Shown piece after piece: positions 57,297 to 64,000 of a stretch of 64,000 nucleotides of DNA. Positions within the stretch are counted from its first letter, which is position 1. The number at the start of each line of letters is the position of its first letter. The translations under genes and the position numbers were made by a program. The DNA lies in NCBI GenBank assembly GCA_023515725.1, contig JALDTO010000155.1, positions 779,147 to 843,146 on the forward strand, written 5' to 3'. Under the pieces are notes generated by a model, which saw only the letters and a program-made list of their open reading frames with translations, did not search any database and was not told where the DNA came from. The DNA is from Amoeboaphelidium protococcarum X5 (taxonomy: Eukaryota; Fungi; Aphelidiomycota).

Positions 57297-57369
57297 TGGA
57301 CTCATCAGGAATTGAACCCGAGACCTTTCGCACGCTAAGCGAACGCGCTACCAACTGCGCTATGAGCCT
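57297..57369 (-). tRNA. tRNA-Ala (AGC)
   Basis: Cloverleaf AGGCTCATAGCGCAGTTGGTAGCGCG-TTCGC-TTAGCGT-GCGAA-AGGTC-TCGGG-TTCAATT-CCTGA-TGAGTCCA; G3:U70 identity pair; T6 terminator downstream. Confidence 0.92.
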
Positions 57370-57824
57370 TGCGTTGCTTGCATGAAAGCTTGCTAATACA
57401 AAAATTTCACTTCAGCACATACTATATACTATTGAAGATCAAGACAGAAAGCTTTATACAAAGACTAGAAGTCGAGCAGAGACACCAACAGAAGTACAGG
57501 AAGATAAAATATGTTAATAATATAGATACTCTATTAACACGTTACGTGGAAGAAATAAATGTTCATAAGAGGCGCGTATAATTCACTACAGACACTTGCC
57601 TATTCGAGATCTAAATGATGAGAGAGGCGCGCACTTGAAACAATGTTAATCATCCAAGTCCCACCGAGTCTTCAAATGATACTTGATCGACGTGTGTGCT
57701 AATATAGCTTGTAATTACTAAACAGATTATACACACAAGAGACAATAAACGAGAGAATCAATCTATACACAATGAAACTGGACAATCACAACATGTAAAT
57801 ACGTCTTAATAAGAAAACTCATTC

Positions 57825-58736
57825 TCAATCTTGCCTACTTAAGACCATTGTCATCAATATAAAGTCACCTTATGATAAATGGTGTCTGATGTTCATGCTC
57901 TTCATCTTGGCCGAATCTTCACCCAATACCAGCTTTGGAGATATTAAAGGCACACGCGAGCGAGCTTTATCCATCCACTAAAGGCCGAACGATGACCAAT
58001 CTTCAATTTAACTTGCTTTGAACTTACCATCTAGATACACTTGAAACTGTTACAAAGTGCGTAAAGAGACTTGAGATCGATCACAGGTAAATGGCAGAGG
58101 AACACGCATATCAGCGTCATCGAATGTCTGAGACACGAAAATGTCGTAGATAACCACTCTACCTCCAGTTTTCAGCTTACTGTGCAAACTTTCCATTAGC
58201 GATTAAACGTTGTGGCAGTGCATCAACGCATGACATATCCAGACAACGTCAAACTCTCCAGAAATTCTATATGTCGCGTTAATATCTCCAATTTCGTAAT
58301 AGAGTTGACCGCCAGAGGCAGGTACGCCACTACTATGCTGCCTCCAATCTAATAGTTCAAAGTTTCGTTGTTTGGCTAAATGTAACTAAGCTATTTGGTG
58401 AGCGCCATCGATAAATGCTTCAGAATAATCCACACCAAGAACGCTGCATTGTAATTGGGACGCCAGCATTCTACTTGTACCTCCCAGACCGCATCCTAAA
58501 TCAAGAACTTTGGACCGCCTTGGTATTTGCGCCAACTTGACCAGCCGCGATGTGGCTTCAGACCCACCAACATGCAGACTATCAATGTCATCTGTTACAA
58601 TGCTGTCCGAGCCAGAGGAGACTTGTTCAATCTTACTGAAAAGTCTTTATAAATTGAATTCACCCGCATAGTGATCTTTCACCGAAATGTTTCGACGCAA
58701 AGCTGTAGCCTGAATCATGTGCCTCCAATTGAGCAT
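57825..58736 (-). CDS. Class I SAM-dependent methyltransferase (bacterial sarcosine/dimethylglycine-MT-like) with possible mitochondrial presequence, 303 aa
   Basis: DSLHVGGSEAT, VLDLGCGLGG, GVDYS, FDVVW, LKTGG; Arg-rich N-terminus lacking acidic residues. Confidence 0.82.
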
Positions 58737-58896
58737 AATCAACTCTTTAATCAATCACTTGCTCAATGGTCTAATTTTATCTCAAATTTCTTGCAGATAT
58801 CTAATGCTTAATTAAATCAAGACAACTCTCGATTTAAACAATAGCAAATTTAGTAAAAAACAATTGAAATAAGAGGCGTTAAAAAGTTTATAAGTA

Positions 58897-60042
58897 ATGA
58901 GAGCTGTAGCAATTCACGCATGTGATGCTGAAGATTAGGATGAATTGTCATTCCAAATCAATGATCAATTTTGTGATGGTAAGCTCCTTATATTTACATG
59001 TCGTGTTAAAAAGTCATCTTATTGATATTATGTAGTGTAATAATCTAGTGAAGATGGATGGTTAATCGCCACTTTAATAAACACTTAGTAACGCGGGTTG
59101 ATTCCTAGCACGCATGTACAGCTTAAAGATGAAGATCAACCACCAAAGTAGTAGCAAGTTGATACTCCACCTCCTGTAAAGCCAAGACCAAAGATTGCTG
59201 ATGTGGATGTCGATTCTTACTCTGCATAGTAATAAAGTGCTTAATCAGTCACCGCGAGTAAAAAGCAAAAAGCACCCGCTCCACCTATCCCACTACGCTC
59301 CAAAAATTCATCTTTGCCTGGTCAAGGCGCTGGTGTCACTGTATCTGCACCAGACTTTATTCCGGCTGACAGATTCAACTCGTATGTGAAGATATTTAGA
59401 AAGCACGATCCAGATAACCGCGGATTAGTCGACGCTAGTACGGTAAAGCAGCTATGGTCCACATCTGGCGCAAGCAAAGATAGCTTGGCTAAAGTCTGGC
59501 AGCTGGTGTACGATTAGAATTAATCATCCTCTGCTATCGCTTTAAAGCCCGGTGAATTTATCATAGCTATGCACATCATTGCGCGTCTAGTTAATGATAA
59601 AGTTCCAGTACCGGAAAAGTTACCGCCTAATCAGCTGCAATGGGCTCGTTCATTTGTATTAAGTGCAGCAATTTCATCGCCAACTCCTAGCAGTAGTAGT
59701 AGGCCTGTCTCGTCAACTGACAAAAATGTACCGAAATAGCAAAAGTAGTAGAATGCTAAAGTTGCAGCCACTCCTAAGCAGAGTGATAATAACGCGCCAC
59801 CATCCCAAATGGAAATGTTCAAGTATGCAACCTCAAAAGATGGGTAGGAGACTGCAGCTGCCGCTCAAAAGATTGCCGGCTCCAAACAAGGCCAGATGGC
59901 AATGAAAGCTGCGTATGACAATAAGGAGACGTTGATCAAAGTAGCGCAGTCTGATCAAGCCAAAGCTGCAGGTAAAGCTGCATGGAATAATAAAGAAAAA
60001 GTGGGTAAAGGCGTTGTACGTACTGCCAACATGATAAAGTGA
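58897..60042 (+). CDS. SH3, Pro-rich linker and EH-domain endocytic adaptor-like protein, 362 aa; intron 58979-59035
   Basis: AIHACDAEDQDELSF..EDGWL..RGLIPSTHV (SH3); LAKVWQLV..EFIIAMHII..PVPEKLPP (EH). Confidence 0.85.
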
Positions 60043-60213
60043 TAAAGTTTGTGTTTAGGTGATACTACAATGCAATAACTTTCGAATAACCTTAATAACG
60101 CGTCATTTTGTTGCAAATCAGCTTTGGCGGCGGCCGCATTTGTCTCTCTTTTCAATAAAACTACAATAATCATTGAGCATCAACTATCTTGATTAGCTTT
60201 GTTATTGGCATAA

Positions 60214-62745
60214 ATGAATACTTTACAAACTTAAATTGATGTGGATATAGTCATTAGATTAATTTAAAATGTAACGCCCGACTCGCCAAGTGATGTATTG
60301 CAAGATTCGGTTCTGTAATTGAAATCTATAATAACTAAGTAGGACTTTTTATTCAATGCCATGTACACAATTTAAAAGGATCATCCAGACTAACAGTTAT
60401 AAGCTGTTGTGTTTGAGTCTTTGATTAAGAAAATTATGGAATTGCCTGGTAGAGCTTAGCAATGTCTTAATAAATGTCCTAGTTGGTTATAATCGCGTCG
60501 ATTTCATACGTGTTTGATATTGTAATGGCTTGAATTAGTTCAAAGTAGAATTGGTAATGATTATCTTCATGTCATTCCGCTTTAATAATGGATCGATTGT
60601 GATTAAGCGGATTTGATTGCTGAAGAACTTATTTAACGCAGGGGAGATTGCTCTTTGTCGAGTATTGTCTCTCTAATAGCTAGTAGTAGATTAAAGGAAT
60701 CTTGGTTTAGGACTTTGCTTCACTCAACACTTGAACATTTAGAATAGCCTGTGACTTTTGATAACTATCATCAAGTTGATGTGGAATTCCAAGTGCAAAC
60801 TATGTTGCGTAATTGCTCTATTGACCAGTCTCTTCTAAATCGCATATCTGATCCCAAGTTTTTATAGAATCTCGATCATCATAAATTGTTGTTACTATCA
60901 ATTGTTAAAGTACTGACGCGTATAGTCTCGAAAACATAAGCTCTGTCTGTGTTGGATCAATTGACAAGGAGATGGAGTAATGCTATTGAGATTATGTGTA
61001 TTTCTGATCTTTGGTATCATTAGTATATCTGTATGATGATGTTCCTCCTGCTGTAATAGCACCGAAATTTTATCGAATCTAGTGATATTGTCGTCCATTT
61101 ACGAGAATGTATTATTAAAGGAATCCCTTATTATCTTGACTTGCCTGATTTGGAATACAAGTATCTGGCTCTTGCAGTGGCTTAAAAGTTCATCAATGCT
61201 CTTCCTTATCCTTGCCCTGGGTCTGATGTCTAGCAGCCTCTTGACTTTTAATTAGAAAAGTGCTTATATCGCTCTGTATAATTTGTTTTGAATTATGATT
61301 CTAATGCTGAGATGCAGTCTTCAAATTAGGCAGAAGCTCTTAAAGTAGATAGAAGTCAAGATGAGTCTGATAGTAGAGCGTAATCTGATCATTATCAGAA
61401 AGTCGATAAGTACGCGACAACGCCATCTACATAATTAATAGGTCGAAACTATGTGGTCAGCGAAGTAGCTTTTGATTCTGATGATGATTTGGATCCAATG
61501 GATCTTCCGGGAAAGATTCAACTTGCAGCGCCTACTACTCTAAATCAATGTGTCCAATACATGAAGCTGTACGCTAAATCTAATGACAGACAGCGACTTG
61601 AATTGGTCTTAAAAGCTATTCCAAATTTGGTCAATTGCACTCAGTCAAAGAGAGAGTTATCAAATGCATCACTCGATCTATGTCACCGCATACTATATGT
61701 GAGTAATGATTATGGATTGAAAGATTTTGAATAATTGAGAATGGACTGTCTTTGTGCACTAATCTAAGCAGAGCCAAAATAATGTGGCCGGATGTTGATT
61801 GATGAATTCTGGAATTCTAAAGGATTGTCATTGGGCGGCCGATCAGACGTGTTGGATGTTTTAATCAAGACCTCACGTTTCTTATCTTCAACTTATTAGG
61901 CGGAATTTGAAGCACAGTTTAGTGGAAAGACTGGATTTGAGCAATCTCTGGATGATATGCTCAATCAATTGAAGTTGTCATCATCGTAGAGTCAACTAAT
62001 GAAAGAAGGCGATGTGAAAAGATTTCATCCATTATCCTCTCATATCTTACAATAGCACTCTGAAAGAGAGAATTTATCAAAATGCATTGTGAAAGACTGG
62101 ATTAAGTTGCTATCAAGAGGACTATTCACTTCTAAACTGGAATGGTTGAGGCAAGAATGCCAAACTTTGGATTAGAATCCTCTGCTTAGTGAACAGTCTC
62201 GCCTCGCCACTTTAACTTCGTATGTATCAAAATTGTAAATTGTTAATTCAGTAGAAAGTGACAATTCTTAGACGCGCCATGTTCAAGTAACTACGGCCTA
62301 ACTTTTGGCCAAGTGGATGACTACGCTGTGCATTCTTATCCGTAGCTTTGGCAACGATTCGGCTGAATTAGATGAGAATCTCACCGAGCTTGGACGCGTC
62401 TTTGGCTGGTATTGGCAGTTTTGTTAATCTGCCAAGATTGAGCTGCACGACGGGTAGAAGCTTATTAAACTCATTGATTATCCTAATGCCAGACAACCAT
62501 TGTTATTAGCTTTGAGCACTGCGTTAGAGATTGCTGATGATAGCTATCACGTGGGATCTCGGCGGCAAGAAGTTCTGCCTTTCAACTGGCAATTAGCTAT
62601 TTCTGATAATTGCAAGAGATTTGATGTGAACTAGCTCTTAAATTGGCTCATTGACGATGTCTGGTAGAATGATTCTAGCCCTGACAATCGTTACTTGGCG
62701 TCTTTCATATTGCAAAAGTTGAAGTCGCATCTACAGCTCGAGTGA
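60214..62745 (+). CDS. TEL2: Tel2/TELO2 PIKK co-chaperone, 843 aa
   Basis: DSDDDLDPMDL CK2 motif followed by APTTLNQCV, GIPYYLD..LALAVAQ, SLGGRSDVL. Confidence 0.8.
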
Positions 62746-63013
62746 TGTAAATAAAATTATATGCGTGATTAAAGAGTATTGTTTTATTGACTTGATTAAT
62801 TTAATAAGTACATTTTTCTGATAGCGTACCGTTAGCATTGCGTTGGCGGTATGTTAATACATAGCCTAGGTTACTGAATAACGTTGACTCTTGCGCGGAT
62901 TGGATATCCGTGTATGAGGACTGTAGTGATTGGACTCACTGTATTAGTGACCGTACGGCTAAACCTTTGTAACTCTTTGTCTCGGAGACACAATCAGTTA
63001 TAATTCGTATATA

Positions 63014-64000
63014 ATGCTGTTGATTCTGGTATATCTTCTACATTCCCTTTCTATCTACGTATTATCATTGCCTGGCAATACGGCTTCTATGCCAGCTGTG
63101 GCGATTAAGTGTCGACTGCGCGGCTCTGATTCATCCGCTTCTGCGATTATATCCTACTATTCTACTAGCACACCATGTAGTAGTAGTAGTGAATCTGTTG
63201 TATATACCTCTACTTCAATCTGTTCAACTACACGAGTAAATTCTAAAAGTGGTAGTAGTAGCAGTAAAACTGCGCTAATACCTACCTCTCAGTCTATTGA
63301 ATCGTCCAAGAGTGCCTCTTCACCCTCTGTTACCATGACATCTAGCTCATGGCCATCAGCAAGTTCTACTGGCTAGCCATTGCAGACGTAATCTATTGAC
63401 GTATCATCCTCTGCGCGGCTATCAACGCATCGCTCCAGTTCTGCTCAAACAAAGTCTCTTGGTACCGAAACGGTTACTGGCAGTTAAGAGACGCCTTATC
63501 ACTCTAAATCGCCGATTACGAGCACGGTCGTGAAAAGCTAATTTAATGTGCCTTCCATTACGTATACTGATTCGTCAGCTTTGTCTACACCTCTGAAGAC
63601 TGCCTCTTCCGTGACTCGTGTACTGACAACTTCAGGCAGTGATAAGCCCTCTACAACTGTCAGCACTGCTCCGATTCGCCCATCTACCACTAGGCCGATA
63701 ATATCTCCTTATTTGCCCCGTTCAAAGAGCGTATCATCTAGCCGTCCTCGAACCACTATTGCTACTCGGACACGTAAGCCATCAACATCTGCATCGGTCA
63801 CTCAATCGCGAGTGCCGGAAAGTGCAACGCCATCAACACCTATTTAGTTTCCACCATCGTACAATCCCAACTATCCTACCTGGTAACCACCGCCAGTTCC
63901 TGCTGGATTTTCTTCGATGGAGGAATATAAATTGTGGTGGATGAATCCTGATTATGAAAGTAAGCCATTTTTGAAGAAGACGTGGTGGTCTCTTCCAAGT
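63014..64000 (+). CDS. Secreted or surface Ser/Thr-rich mucin-like protein; 3' end runs off the window
   Basis: Signal-like MLLILVYLLHSLSIYVLS, then a long S/T/P-rich frame open in table 6 to the window end. Confidence 0.65.

Noticed and set aside
57400-57800. Possible small gene between the tRNA and the methyltransferase
   Set aside because: No convincing ATG-to-TGA frame or motif found

Overview
Gene-dense, intron-poor eukaryotic nuclear DNA from an early-branching fungal relative (Holomycota). It uses a non-standard code: TAA/TAG = Gln and TGA is the only stop (translation table 6). The supplied standard-code ORF track therefore cuts nearly every gene into pieces. Fungal/opisthokont-type genes plus this code point to an aphelid such as Amoeboaphelidium (inference). 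Re-read by hand in table 6, the window holds about 36 protein genes and one tRNA-Ala(AGC). Housekeeping genes: LIS1, S6K-like kinase, RAD6, TIM9, NAA40, NDUFC2-like, NOT4, long-chain alcohol oxidase, ML/NPC2, SEC12, Dsc2/UBAC2, mS37, CSN6-like, CAF1, SLC35F6-like, ELF1, Nup49/58, NIPA, ABCG, YEATS2-like, TRM5, LMBR1-like, TEL2. Signalling and surface genes: class I PI3K, a 1761-aa VWA-VWD type I membrane protein, two single-pass HND kinases, a BAR-SH3-RhoGAP and an SH3-EH protein. There is also a frameshifted Crinkler-like gene. The most unusual stretch is about 36.9-48.5 kb: an unidentified ~325-nt multi-helix RNA-like element, a decayed spliced unit upstream of it, a SWIM-finger (Mutator-like) remnant between degenerate inverted repeats, an orphan beta-rich ORF with an NLS, then membrane kinases, a small secreted Cys-rich peptide and an ABCG exporter. 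Coordinates were derived by hand and no database searches were run.
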